Shown: in pieces, positions 26,580 to 40,313 of the stretch
How the letters are laid out: each line of letters starts with the position of its first letter
Numbering within the stretch: the stretch's first letter is position 1
Source of the DNA: Callorhinchus milii
Taxonomy: Eukaryota
Direction of reading: 5' to 3'
Assembly: GCF_018977255.1 (NCBI RefSeq)
Contig: NW_024704742.1
Location: forward strand, 42,596,001-42,660,000
DNA length: 64,000 bases
The notes under the pieces: model-generated
Told to the model about the DNA's origin: nothing
Databases searched by the model: none
What the model saw: the letters and a program-made list of their open reading frames with translations, nothing else
Program-made: the position numbers and the translations under genes

Positions 26580-26950
26580 ATAATAATAATATAACAATCC
26601 TTGTATTTGATACAGCGGCTTAGCACATCTTTGAGACGTCTTAAAGCGCTTCACAGAATATACTGTAAAGTGAATTGACTGTATACTTTGTGGGTGAAAC
26701 GCGGCAGCCAAGTGCGCACAGCAGTGTCCCACAAACAGTCGTGGATTGAGTCACTGATTTATTATTATTTTATTGAGAGAATTATTACCCCCAGAAAGGC
26801 CAATCGACTAGCAACCGGGTTTCTACTTACTGCTAGGTAAACGGAAGCATGTGGAGTAAGGAAATTTACGTTTCACTCTGCTGGTTAATCAAACCCAGGT
26901 CTCTCGCTTGCGAAGTGAGTGCTCTAACCGCTGAGCTACAGCACTCCACA
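26580..26950 (-). mobile_element. Family A SINE, long subfamily, full length
   Basis: Head GGAGTGCTGTAGCTCAGCGGTTAGAGCACTCACTTCGCAAGCGAG (Ala-type anticodon arm), CORE-like and Deu-like segments, L2-type tail. Confidence 0.9.
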
Positions 26951-28668
26951 GATTGTAACATATGTATTCTGGAAGACTGAGATCAAACAGTTTGGAAGGT
27001 CTTCTTCATACAAAGTTATTTTGTGATTTTCTGTTAATCTTATTGCAGGTATATTTGTAATTCTGGCGCAAAAATGCAACATCAATCATAAAGGGTTTCT
27101 TCGGTTTATAAAAAAAATCCTTGCATTTGATATAGTGCTTTTCACTTCAGGAGTACATCTCAAAGTGCTTCACATGATTAGCTGTAATGTGTAGTGACTG
27201 TATTTTAGAGGTGAATGACAGTTTTCACTGGTGGTTGAACATAATAATAATATTAAGCCTTGCATTTGGACGTCTCAAAGCACTTCACAGGATGTACTGT
27301 AACGGTAGCCCGTTTGTACACAGCAATGTCCCACAAACAGCCATGGAAGTAAGTGACCAATTTTTTTATTTGGGGGATTGTTGGCCAGGATATTGGAAGA
27401 ATCTTCCTTCTCTTTTCGAACAGTATAATGGGATCTTTCACTTCAGCCTGAACAGGCAGCCGGACCCTCAGTTGAATGTCTCATCAAAAGGACAGGAGTA
27501 ATAAACATATATATATATATATATGCCAAAATCTGACTTCTTACCACCAGCGTACCACATTTTACACTCTGAATCAATCATTCCTGCCTCTGAGGTGGGT
27601 TTCATACTAAGATTCTTTTAGGATTATTCCATACAAGACAATTGCTTTTTTAACCAATGCACAAACTACATTCTGCCCCACCAAATTTACTACATTTCGA
27701 CTGGGCTCTGGGTAGCAACTGGGAGAAACTCCCATGTCTTTTCGAATAGTGCTGTGGGATCTTTAACTTCAACCTGAACAGGCAGACGGAATCTCAGTTT
27801 AATATCTCAACCAAAGGACAGGGGTGGAATATAATTTCCTGAATCTGACTTCCAATTGCCACCAATAAGTAGAAAAAGAAGGTATATGTGTGCAGTCTCA
27901 TGCAACTACTTAATAGGCACATTGTTAGAAAGAAACTAAAGAATTGAAAGGAAGAAAGGTAGATTATGAAATACCCTCAATGACAACTATATTTATAACA
28001 GAGTAGCTGTATCTATCACAGTGTATTTGGTTGCCTGGACTGAAGGATGAGTAAGAGTTTGGGGGAGCGGGGGCTGAGTTGTACCAATCTTTTCTTTTTT
28101 ATTTCTATTTGATTTTCTATTCTTTATTGCCAGAGGTGCTGCACATCATATTAAATTTCAGCGCCATGAGACATTGCTCCATGTGAAGGATGCTATATAA
28201 ATGCAAGTTGTTGTTATTAAATGGAGCAAAGTTTTACCCCTCATTGATCTCTCTCATGCAATCTTCAACAGGGTCATTGGATACTGGTCACGAGTGATAT
28301 TTTAGCCTGAGATTGATCATGGTCTTGTTGCTCATTCTGGTAAGCAGTGCATTGACTATAAGAATCTTACTGTTCGCATCATCTTGTCTTTTTGTGTATG
28401 ATACTGGAAAAGGAACTGCCTTGGAAGAGCATTTTTGCAGTTCTATCAACAAATGCTAATTTACGGAAAGGTGTACTTCAACAGATCTGCAATACTTTTG
28501 CAAATAGAGGAGCCAAAGTCAAAGCATATAAGTATAAGGCCCAGTGCAAAGTGCAATGTGTGAGAAATACCACACAGTGGCACTACAGGTAGCAATCATC
28601 CAAAGAGTGAGCAGTAGCTGACGTTTCCAAAAAATGTGTTAGAAAATTGAAGCACCCGACACCTGACT

Positions 28669-29834
28669 AACAACAACACAAGCAACAGCAAATTACACTT
28701 GTATAGCGCCCTTCACGTGGGAAAGACGTCCCAGGGCACTGGACAATCGGGTTTTGTACCTGAGTTGGGGTCAGAAGGGAAGGAGGGCAGCGGTGAAAGG
28801 TGCAGGAAGGCGGCCGAAGGCACGGTCGAAGAGGAAGGTCTTCAGACAGGACTTGAAGGAGACAAGAAAGAGGGTGAGGTGGAGGGATTGTAGGATAGAG
28901 TTCGAGAGTGTGGGGGCAGAGATGCTGAATGCCCAACTGCCAATGGTGGGCGGGAAGTCCGGGGGACCTGAAACAGGGCGGTGTCCGTCGAGCGGAGGGA
29001 GTGGACAGGCTGATATGGGGTTAGGAAGTCGGAGAGGTACTGGGGAACAAGACCATGGAGGGCCTTGAAGGTAAGAACAGGGCTTTTGTACTCGATTCTC
29101 TGAGGGATGGGGAGACAGTGAAGCCGGGCAAGAACAGGGGTGATTGGTTTGCGGAGCCTGGTGCGGGAGAGAACACGAGCTGCAGAGTTTCGAATAATCT
29201 GCAGCTTGTAGAGGGAAGAGTTAGGAAGCTCAAAGAGCAGGCAGTTAGCGTAGTCAAGTCAGGACATAATAAAAGCGTGGATCAGGGTCTCGGCGGCCTC
29301 CTGTGAGAGGCAGTTGCAAAGGCAGGCAATGTTGTGGAGGTGTAGAAAGGCAGAACAGGTCACGGCACGAATGTGGGGTTTGAAGGATGATAGCTCAGGG
29401 TCGAAAAGGAAACCAAGGTTTTGGATTGGCTCGGTGAGGTGAAGAGTGCAACCATAAATGGTGATAGTGTCAGTGGCTGAGGTGAGAAGGCGCTGCTGGG
29501 AGCCAAGCAGGAGGACCTCTGTCTTGCCAACATTGAGCTGGAGGAAGTTGGCTCTCGTCCCGGACTTGATGTCAGACAGACAATTAGCCAGGACATCAAA
29601 GATCCTGGAATTGAGGGTGGAGGTGGCGACATAGAGTTGGGTGTCATACACATACATGGGGAAATTGACCCCATGCCTGCGGATGACATCGCTGAGCTGG
29701 AGCTTGTATAGATTGATGAAGAGGGGACCGAGGACAGAGTCCTGATGGACCCCACACGTGACAGTGTTGGGGCTAGAGGAGAAGTCATTGGTGGCCACGA
29801 AGTGCTGACGGTGGGAAAGGTAGGATTGGAACCC
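28669..29834 (-). mobile_element. L2 LINE, 5'-truncated
   Basis: ORF 29259-29798: GVHQDSVLGPLF, MYVYDTQLY (decayed YADD), LNVGKTE; 3' hairpin and (TTG)n tail at 28669. Confidence 0.95.
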
Positions 29835-32528
29835 GAAATGCGATCACAATTTAACAGTTACTACCAATATTTCTGATCTGCAAAGACTGTTCAAGGAGAG
29901 TGAACTAATGCTGGTCCTAGTGACCATGCAAGTTATTTGATTATAATATTTCTATGCTATCTATTAAGAATAAATTAGCTAGATTAGGTAGATACCTCTA
30001 AAGGGAATGGAGCGAACACCAGAGTGGGATTAGATTAAGGTGGATTGCTTAGAGAAAAACATTAGCACAGACATAATGTGCAAAAAGGACTGTTTCTGTG
30101 TTGTAACATTTTGTGAGTCTACTAATTGATGATAATATAGATAGGGTTTTATACTGTAGCCTTTTCCCTCGCCTAGGCTCTATGGTCCATTCTACTTTAT
30201 GTGCACAGCTCAACATGCCCTGTCCTGAACCTTTGCACCTGATGTCCTGTTTTATTCAAAATGATACAGTATTTTTAATATTTGTGTATTTATTTTTTTT
30301 AAAAAGCATACCCACACAAATGCCATCAATTTATTCAAAATTAAGACTATAGTTTAATCATCTATCTAAGTCCTGTATTTGATGGAATTCAAAAATGGAA
30401 AACTACTGTATTTGAGCTGCAATTTAACTCACAAATAACACATGAATTTTGAGTACTGCATTGTGTCATTGAGTGGGCATCAAAAGCAAAAGGAATTCCA
30501 ATAATGTGACAATATATCACCAGTGATATTTATCACATTGAATTTTTTTTTATCTTTCCATGTGGTGTTACAATGATAATGATTCTTTGCATTTGATACA
30601 GTGTCTTTCATGTCTTTTCTCCATATCCAATGCAGCCACAAATTCCAACCCACATTATAGCAAGGTGCATTCAATTAACAAATACACACAACCGATTGAC
30701 GCATAGAGCGGATGGACGGATTCTGTGATGGAAGAAAAACTGGTACTGCAATGACAATTCCTAATTTTCTGTACCTGCACAAATTGGGAAGTGACTTCAG
30801 CGCGGAGGGGGAGGGGGGGGAAGAGCTGGAAGTCGGCCTTTTATTAATGTGGGAATCTAAAACAACTGTCTTCCAAGTCCCTGCCAAATCATTGGGTCCC
30901 TGCATGCGCAGCAATCAGGAAGTGACATGAATAACAACCTAATGGTTTGGAAGTCATCCATTTTAAAATGAAAAGCCAGTGTGGGAAGCAGCACATGCCT
31001 AAAAACAGGCTCCACAGTGCAACATGTTATAAGTGAATTTGCGCTTTAACCCTGAAGCATGTTATAATAGAGCTGCATTCCACTTCCAAAATACGCATCA
31101 ATGTCTCTTAAACATCCTAATCAGTCCTAGATGTAGAATCGATTGGGACAGCGGAGGATAGACAATGTCCATTACACTCTTTAATGGACATTAGTGCATT
31201 AGGCATCTGCTGAAGCCCAGAACAGAATCACAGAGCAATTCTTTAAATGACAATCTCAGAATTAAGTTTGTGCTTTGATATCAAAGGCAAGCTTCAGCAT
31301 CAAAAGGGACAAAATGCTTCTTGTAATTTAATTATTCAGCACTCATTTCATTATCATACTTCATAACAATGAGAAGGTAGTTTAAATAAGTTCAAAAATG
31401 GAGAAAGGCTAAAAATGTTACCGGATTATTTGAAGGCTGTTAAACTTTGTTTCAGTTGAATAATCTGTTCTCAAATGTATAATAAAAGGCTGTTCTTGAC
31501 TGATTTAATTTACAAGGAAATAAAGGTCATTGAACAAACGTTCTTCTAAGAATGCTTGGAACTTGATCAAATTCTCTGCAGACCTTAGTGCCTTCCAACG
31601 CATCCCACATCACTTAATTCGGCCCTAAACTCTACAAGTTGCAATGAATTCAGTCTTGCCAAGTAGCTAACTACTGAGCCTCACCAGCACACCCACTCAC
31701 CCCTTCTAACCTGATTAGAAAGCTCATCCAATATAAGTACCTGCAGAATTACTGATCAAACACACAGAATGAAAATTCTAATCATCAAAACAATTTTATG
31801 CTTTAAAATTCATCCGAGAATATGTGCTGCTTCTCTGGCTTGCTGGTTCTTTCCCATGTGTTCTGAAGGTCATAATATAGCTCCGGTTTCCCTGGGAGCA
31901 TTGGTGCTGAGTGGAGATGAGAGTTCTTTACACTGCCTTTGATTTTGCTAATGTATACTTTTCATAAGATTTGCTATTGAGTCATCCCAAACATGATGTG
32001 ACTTTCAAATTATGTTTTATTACAATTTAAACAGGAATATTCATTTTAAATGCAAACATGTCATGAATGTCACTAATTCCGACATTAGTGTGAAATGGTT
32101 TTCTTATGATGCTGTCTTTTCTCAGTTAAGATGTTTTGCATAACATGTTAAATGTATTTCATGCACATGAAGTTGTCAAATACACCATATTAATTAATCT
32201 CATTCATAAACTGTGGTAGTAAAGCAGAGAGGAATGGGTATTTCACGATGTTAACAAATCCCTGCCTCTATATATGTTGATATTACATGACAAAACATTT
32301 TTTGAAAGCTATCATGAAGAATGATAAAATTCTACATCAATGACTTAGATGTGAAAATAGAGCTTAATGTATCTAAATTCATGGATGATACAAAGCGAGG
32401 TGGGAAAATAAGCTGTGAGGAGGACATCCTTGAATGTACTAAATTGCAGCTATGGAATTGTAGTAGTAGATTCTATAATGTACCCTTATTGTCCTCCATT
32501 CTTCTCTCATCCATTTGAACTATACTCA

Positions 32529-33085
32529 AACAACAACAACAACTTGGACTTATATAGCGCCCTCCACGCCGGACGGCGTCTCAAGAGCGCTTTACAGTAC
32601 TGGATCCCGGGGCCGAGCCAGGGGGAGGGGGAGGAAGGTGACCAAAGGCGCGGTCAAAAAGAAAGGTCTTCAGCAGGGACCTGAAAATAGGAAGAGACGG
32701 GACGAGGCGAAGGGAGTGAGGAAGGGAATTCCAGAGCCTCAGGGCATTGTGGCTGAAGGCACGGCCACCAAGGGTGGAACGGAGGACTCGGGGACGAGGA
32801 GGAGGCCAGACCCGGAGGAACGAATGCAACGGGTATTGTTTTAAGGAGAGAGGAGATCAGAGAGGTAGGAGGTGCAGAGGAGTGGAGGGATTTGAATACA
32901 AAGGTGATGATCTTGAAGTCGATCCCCTCTGGGATAGGCAGCCAGTGCAGTCTGGCAAGGACTGGGGTGATCGGGGAGCGGAATTTGGTGCGGGTGAGAA
33001 TGCGGGCGGCAGAGTTTAGAATGATCTGGATTTTATGGATCGTAGTGGATGGGAGACCGGCGAGGAGGGCGTTACGAGTAGTCGA
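32529..33085 (-). mobile_element. L2 LINE 3' part, second tail subfamily
   Basis: STLGGRAFSHNALRLWNSLP; tail gcgctcttgagacgccgtccggcgtggagggcgct...(TTG)n, also at 42775-42917 (+). Confidence 0.9.
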
Positions 33086-36000
33086 GCAGTATCAGTGTTA
33101 ATTAACACATTGCACATCATAGCTATCACCCCTATGTTCTCCAATGGCTCAGTAGAACAACAACAACAATAAATTACATTTGTAAAGGGCCTTTTATGTC
33201 GTTCAGTAAGTAGCTGAACAATACGGATCTAAGGTTTACCAGCTCAGAATCTAACATTTAGCTCTCACATTAATTAATGAATAGTTGCAGTATTCATCTC
33301 TGCAGAAAATTGGTGCAACATGAACTCTGTCTGACCTCCTGAATCTCACAACACTGGTGAACGTTTCAGATCTGGCAATGGTTACGCAGGCTGTCGCTAC
33401 CATGGCCTTGCCTTCAAATGTTGAGAACTACCGATCGTTCCAAGAGGCGAGGCGGATGGATGATGACAGCTGCAAGAGAGTTTATCCACAGAGTATCAGA
33501 AGCAGCCACAAGGTCAAGGGCTCAGAACCAGAATTCAGTCCCATAACAAGCTACGCGAAGGAGGAACTATCTCCCTTCAGACGCTGTGGCACGGAGCTGG
33601 CCTGCTGCACTGAGCTCTGTAACAATGTGCCAATCAGCAGCTGCTGCCGCCGAGGACTCAGTGATCCAGTTCTCAATATGAGAATATAGTATGAGTTTTT
33701 CATTGGCAGCTCAGTTGCTGGTATCAGATTAATAATACAGTGGCTTCTGTGGGTTAAAATCAGAATATTTCCTGTCATAGACCAGGAAATTGATCACGTA
33801 GTCAGCTTCTTGTTTTTTTTAAGCTGAGCAAGCAACCAGACAACATTTTGCAGGCAGTATACTAAACAGCCTTGTCACCAAAGGAGGGTAGGTGGGAAAC
33901 GGGGGGAGTGGGGGGCAGAGATCTGACCAGCAAAATTAGAAGCCATCATTCATGAATTTCAAACAACTGTGGTTTAAATATCTCACTCAAGCAATTCTGT
34001 GATATAAACGGGTACAAGATGAAATATCTAACTTGTAGTAATAATAATAATAAAAAGACGTCTCAAAGAATTTCTCAGGATTTACTGTAAAGTCTCGTGG
34101 CTGTGTCTTCTGTGGGCGAACGTGATAGCCAACATACAAACAAAACTACAGCTAACCAGGATCCCCGAGGGGGTGGTTTTGCCACTTCACACTACCAAAA
34201 CTTTGATTGAATTCCAAGTCGCTTAAAAACGACACAAAGAGATCATATATTGTGCAAGTAAAATGGATTTATTTTCAACATTTCCAAAAATAGTTGCAAT
34301 TAAGAATGAACAGATGGCGTGTTATTTCAGTTTGTGTTACTTCAGGAAAAGTACCAAAATAGATGTTTAGAGCCACAGTTGGTAGGAGGCCGAGAGCAGA
34401 GCTCTGCTACAGTTCACTGCTACAGCCTGTGATGGTCAATTTAGGGAGGGTTCCGTAACGTGCACAAGGTCCTCTTTGAGATGGCTCCTTCCAATACTGA
34501 AGAGCCGTAACTGTCTAATTATTGCTCTTAGCTCATTCCTCTATAACAATAATCAGCAGTGCTACCTTCCTTTTGGAAGCTCATCCAACAGGATCCACCC
34601 CAGAACTACTAATCAAGAGAATAGCTCAAGGACACGTCTGAAGATACAGTGAGGTTCTCTTTTAAAGCTGCAAAGATCTAGCCAAGAGATGAAGTCAGAC
34701 CCAGTAAATCAAAAAGAGACTGTGGACAAGACCAAACAATGGCAAGTAGCTGTACCAGGTCTATCGGAAACATCTCAAAATCAACCCAGACTGGCAGATT
34801 GTCTTAATGATGCCAAAGGGAGTCGAAATTCTACCTAATTGTCCTGTTTAATAATCATTCCATCGCCAGACAAAACAAACTATAAGCTGGTTATCACACC
34901 ACCTAATTCGCTATGCTTTGCTGTTGTATTTGATTTTGTCATGCTGTGTTGAGTTGCTCATCAATAAGCAATTTGCTTTTATAATCTGAAGGCTGAATTT
35001 TTATGGTTGGGCCAATTCTGATTAAATTAATAATTGATTTACAGTATGCAGTAGGTGTAGTTAAATAATGTACCTACAGCATTTAGCAGTGCAAGTTCCA
35101 TTGTTTCAGATCCTTATTATATCTAAGATGAGCTAAACTAACTGATAACTTTTATTTGTGTTACAGTCCAATCTTAAAAAACACACCAGGCTGTGATCTC
35201 TATTAATGTCTTTAGAGTCCATTTTCATGTTCTCCATGAGCCAAAGATTACAGTTTAACCTGGAGTAATTCACTCCACATAAAGTTCCTCAATCCACTTT
35301 TCCCACCAGTTTTTGTATTACACTAGTTTATGACTCTTCAAATATTGTAGTTTCATGACTGTTTGTCATATTTGAAGATGGATTGTTGTGCTCCACTAAT
35401 GGTTGAAGCTCTGCAGACCGGAAGGGTGCAAGTTCAAGTGATAATCCGTTAGGGTACTATAAATTGGCTTACGTGCCCAGGCTAGCGGGAGGATGGATTA
35501 ACCTACTCATCATTACTATACATTGACCACATCTCAAACCCCAGTGTGTGAATGGCAGAAAGAACAGAACCAAAATTGGTTGCGCACTTCCACTGATTTA
35601 CCGTTCCTCACTGTGTTTGGTCATGGTTGAACAATGCCCACTCAAGTGAATCAACTGGAGAGCTACTAACAGCTGTGCAAGAACTGCATATCCTTGCAAG
35701 AGGCAGCTCTGCATGAAGGAAGAAGGGGAACAAATAATAATAATAATAATAATGGTTTGCTTGTGATTGAATACATTTACAGCAAAACTTAAAAGATTTA
35801 GGGATATCGTCACACAACTGACGAAAGCGTTCAATTAAATATTGATCGACTTATACACACATCATCAAGAGCAGCTTGGATGTAAGCGTATTTATAGTTC
35901 TACACCTGAGCAACATATTTCTAAAATGGAACAATAACTTGACTTCCATTGATTGTACATTACCAGGCATTAGCATTCATAAGCACAATAGAATCATTCA

Positions 36001-37357
36001 AGAGAGATCTAGATAACTCTTCAAAATTAAGTGCTAGAAGGAATATGTAGAACAAGCTGGAAAGTGAAACTTAAAAAAGGGACAAGTTGATAAAAGAAAC
36101 AGAAGGTAGACACAATGGGCTGAATTCTTCTACACTGAAAATTTCTATACTTCTAAATAGGGTAAAATTGTGCCATGTTAGCACTCGTGAGGTGATAACT
36201 ATCACCCACCAATAATGCAGTTAATAGTACGTCAACGACAAATTGCAATTATATCTTGTTCTTCATGCTGGGTAGTATCGCAAAGCACTCAGATCAAGGT
36301 GGGGGAGGTGAAATATTGCATTCCCAAAGCCAGTGATAACTATTGATTACAAATGTGACAGAAGCAACAGTGATATCACGTGCTTCAATTTTAATCCCTA
36401 GGTTTAATGGTCATTAGCTTCAAAATCCAGAGCAACCCTCTGTAAAAGGGAAATAACTGGTTATTTGCTTTGGGTCTGGATAAAACAGATGAAGAGACTA
36501 ACATGTGACTTTCTGAGGAAAATGTATTATTTTAGGCATGAGATTAAGTCAGTGACATTAAACAATGTCATTACAATGTCACTGTCCTATATTTCCATTG
36601 GAAGCAAGCAATCAAATGAAGCGTTTCTTCAGCAAACCTCTCTTGTGATCTTAAGATCTTGTGATCTTGTATTCAAGGTAACCTGTTTTTCAAAGGAGCT
36701 GGGCACATACTTGACAGGCAAATGGTATCTTCATCCCTGCTTAGGATATGTTTTTGTCCCCAAGTGGTTTATCTTCCTCCATAATATCTCTAGGTCAGTC
36801 AGAGAGAACACGATGCTGGTATTAAGAGGCATGGCGAAAGGACAGGGAATTGGGATTAAAAGATTGGCCAAGACCTAATAAATAGGCAGAACAGGCTCTG
36901 TGGGCTGAAAAGCCTCCTCCTATTCTCGTTTTCCTATGTTCTTATGCTCAGCTCATTTCGACTGCACTTATACTGCAGGGACGTCAGGAATTGGGTCAGA
37001 TTGCACAGCCTGCCAATTACAAATTGGTTCACAAAATTCATTTAAAATACCTCCATTAGAACACAACTTATATCAAACTTATATTTCATTTTAGAGTTTA
37101 GTAAGTATCCCATTGCATTGTCCTCACTCAAGCAGAGAAAGGAGTTATCCATGATATGCATCATTTACAATTTACTGTTGATTCAATTGGTTCAACATTT
37201 ACTTGGGAAAGCAGGAACAGCAGGAGGCCATTAAGCCCACTGAACTAGTTCCACCAGTTAATTAGATCTTGTCAGATCTTTTATTCCCAACACCCTATCC
37301 TTTCAACATATACATTTATTGGGGTACAGTATATATCATATCATCCCATTCATATCT

Positions 37358-37466
37358 TCCCATACGTGGAATAAAATGAAAATCCTCACATACTCCCTCA
37401 GCAACATTTTGCAAACATCTCTTGTCAATAAGGTGTGGGCATTTTCATATTATTCCACATGTGGGA
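37358..37466. repeat. 33-bp inverted repeat / hairpin
   Basis: Arm tcccatacgtggaataaaatgaaaatcctcaca matches the reverse complement of tgtgggcattttcatattattccacatgtggga at 28/33 positions; spacer ~43 nt. Confidence 0.8.
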
Positions 37467-39161
37467 TGTGCACTCTATATTAATACTCAGGTCTCAAATG
37501 TAGCATTTGCAACCTGAAAGTACAGTAATTGTAACTTTCAGCGTGTGACTGAAATTATGAAATTATTCCATAAAGGCAAGCACATCGACCTTTGATGGGA
37601 TTTGGGGATTTCTAGGGTTTTTGACAACGAACAAACTGTTGTGACTTCCGCTTTCCAAATTACAGACGTTAGTTCCCATCGTGCTTCAGAGTCACAACCC
37701 ATTATTATACTGAACTCCTTTCTTGTTTTTACAAAAAATAATCTGGAAAATTCTCCCCACTCACTTTAAACAAGGGGAAATACAGTACCCTCTTGATCAG
37801 CCCCTTAGAAAATAAATGACTGTGACCTTCTTGATGTTTTGATGCCATTATTTATTCAGATTCAAAGAGCTTTCATCCACATCTTTAAAATTCTAGACAG
37901 AATAATGGATTGTTAGTTCAGGATTTAATTCATGGCAGAATCAGGTAGTTTCTGAGCAATGTTATCCAATAGACTTCTGAATATTTGATTTGGGATTTTC
38001 CCAGACAGAAGATTAACAGATGAGTCATGATTGACACAGCAGTGACTGAAAAGGTGAAGGGCACAAGGTACATTCCTCCTTCGGAGTTTAATTTTTCTTG
38101 TTTTTATATGCTATTGCTTTGCATGTGTATTATTACAGCAATACCAATGTTCCAATTTATTTCCTTAAAAATACCAACATTTTTCTCCCCCTCTTCCTTT
38201 TGTCTAACTAGGATTGGCAGCCTTCAGAGAACAGAACTAATGGGACTATTATCATAAGAACAATAATATAATTGATAAGTGACCTGAGGCTCCACATTCC
38301 ATCCATAGTGGCCCACAGCCTTTTCCAATGATCACATTCTTTTTCTGTGTTTTAAGGGCATTTATTTTAGAAAGGTAAATAACCATTTCTTCCAATACAG
38401 ATTTTGCAGCCAGATAGTAGTTTTGCTTTGAGCATTATTTAAAATATTATTTCTTCAGTTTTTCGTACAATAAGGTATAATACGCAGTTCAAATTTAGAG
38501 ATTCGAAAAGTATGGAATAGGGATTATCCAGGTATGCTGGAACTGAACCCTCAAATGTCCAATTGACAGCTGGCTCACACACCCTGACTGACAATTTACT
38601 GTGATCGCAAGTTTCTTCAAAACAAAAGTACTCCAAAAGTAAAGCTGGTGGGAACTTTTAAATTAAATCCCATGTTAGACCTCTGTTAAGAATCAGGAGC
38701 CTCACAGGGGGAAGCTAATAATCGGCAGTGTACAGCACAGGAAAAAAACGAGGAAACCATAGGGGTGGAAAAGATAACATTTCGTAACAGACTTCATGAT
38801 TATTGAACGTGTATTGAATCTCTTTTGAACAGTGGCATTTTTTCATCCATTTTTAAAGACTGGCTGAAGAACAGCCTCCCTCTAACTCCCTCACCCCACC
38901 TGGATTTCAGCACAGTGGTTTGCTCTCAAATTTATTTTCTTACAATTTTACTGCCATCTTCCTTGTGATCTAACAGGTCTGGCATTTGTTTATTTCAGTC
39001 ATGGAGATAGCATTTGATCAGGGCTTCACATGATGCCGGTAAAACTAAGTCAGTGGCCTAAATTTACCTGCAATCAAACACTGATCTCTATAATGTGCGC
39101 AGCAACTATACAGGTTTTGTTCAGCCTCACTAGTTACCTGAGGCTAGGGGAGAGGGGAGCT

Positions 39162-39465
39162 ATAACAATAATATAACAACACATGCATTTGATATAACAC
39201 CTTATCATGTCGTTGAGGCATTTCAAAGCACTTCACAGAATATACTCTAATATGAATTGACTGTAGCGGCAGCCAATTGCGCACAGAAGTGTCCCACAAA
39301 CAGTTGTGGATTAAGTGACCAAATTATTTTTTTTAAGCAATTAATTCCCCCAGAAAGCGATCCGCCAATCGACTCACAACCAAGTCCCTACTTACTGCTA
39401 GGTAAACAGAAGTGTGTGGAGTAAGGCAACTTGCCTAAGAATTCGCCCTGCATGCGAATTGAATT
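39162..39465 (-). mobile_element. Family A SINE, long subfamily, 5'-truncated
   Basis: Same Deu-like and CORE-like blocks as the 26580 copy. Confidence 0.8.
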
Positions 39466-40313
39466 GGGTTGCCACCAAATGGGGAGAGGGTAAGGGGAAA
39501 TGGGACTGACCAACACCTCTTACCATCTCTCCAGGTTTTTGAATGAACAAGCTTCAGAAATTAACTTAATTTATTTTAACACTTCTCTCCTATATTTTAG
39601 AAGGACTGTGTGCTGAGTCATAATGCCTTTGATTCACATATGTATAGAGGCACAACATGCTTCCTGTTAGATCATTTATGTGCAGAAAAATACATTGATA
39701 CATTCTAATGCTTAATTTGCATTTCATTTCTTTCAGTGCTTGCGATTGAACAGTTGTGCCCTTTTTAATGCAATCATCACAATAAAGCAGTCAGATTAGA
39801 ATGTTTGATTAGTCAAAATAGAGAAAATTTTGTCGAATACGCAACACTTTCCAAAAATAGTTTCTCAAACAATTCCACGCAATTCTATCCAGGTGCTTCT
39901 TATATATGATGCCCTAGTTTCTAAAATATGCTGTGAGCTATGTAACAGCACCATTAACATTTGCATAAAACTACAAAAAAAGCTAACCATTGATTTTATT
40001 AATTATAATACCACTGTACAGTATTTCATAATAATGTGAACATTAAATTGCAAAGGAAAATCATCCAGAATTCAAACTGAATGACATGCAAATAAATGCC
40101 TGTTATTCATATGTGAGCTTTGACAGTGAGTGATGACAGTGCTATTCAATCATGGTCAAATCACAATCGAGCTCAATGCTGTCCTCACATACACACCAGG
40201 GTTCTTTGGTTAATGATACAAGAATGAGAAGCCCTCCTGTGTTAGCTGAACGGAGGAGTTAAACGGAAGAATGGAGTACGAACAGATAAGAGATAGGAAA
40301 GCGCTAGGGCATG

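Noticed and set aside
28157..28185. REST/RE1-like TTCAGCGCCATGAGACA
   Set aside because: Part of an L2-type 3' tail and lacks the GGACAG half-site; 58773 TTCAGCACC is likewise only a half-site
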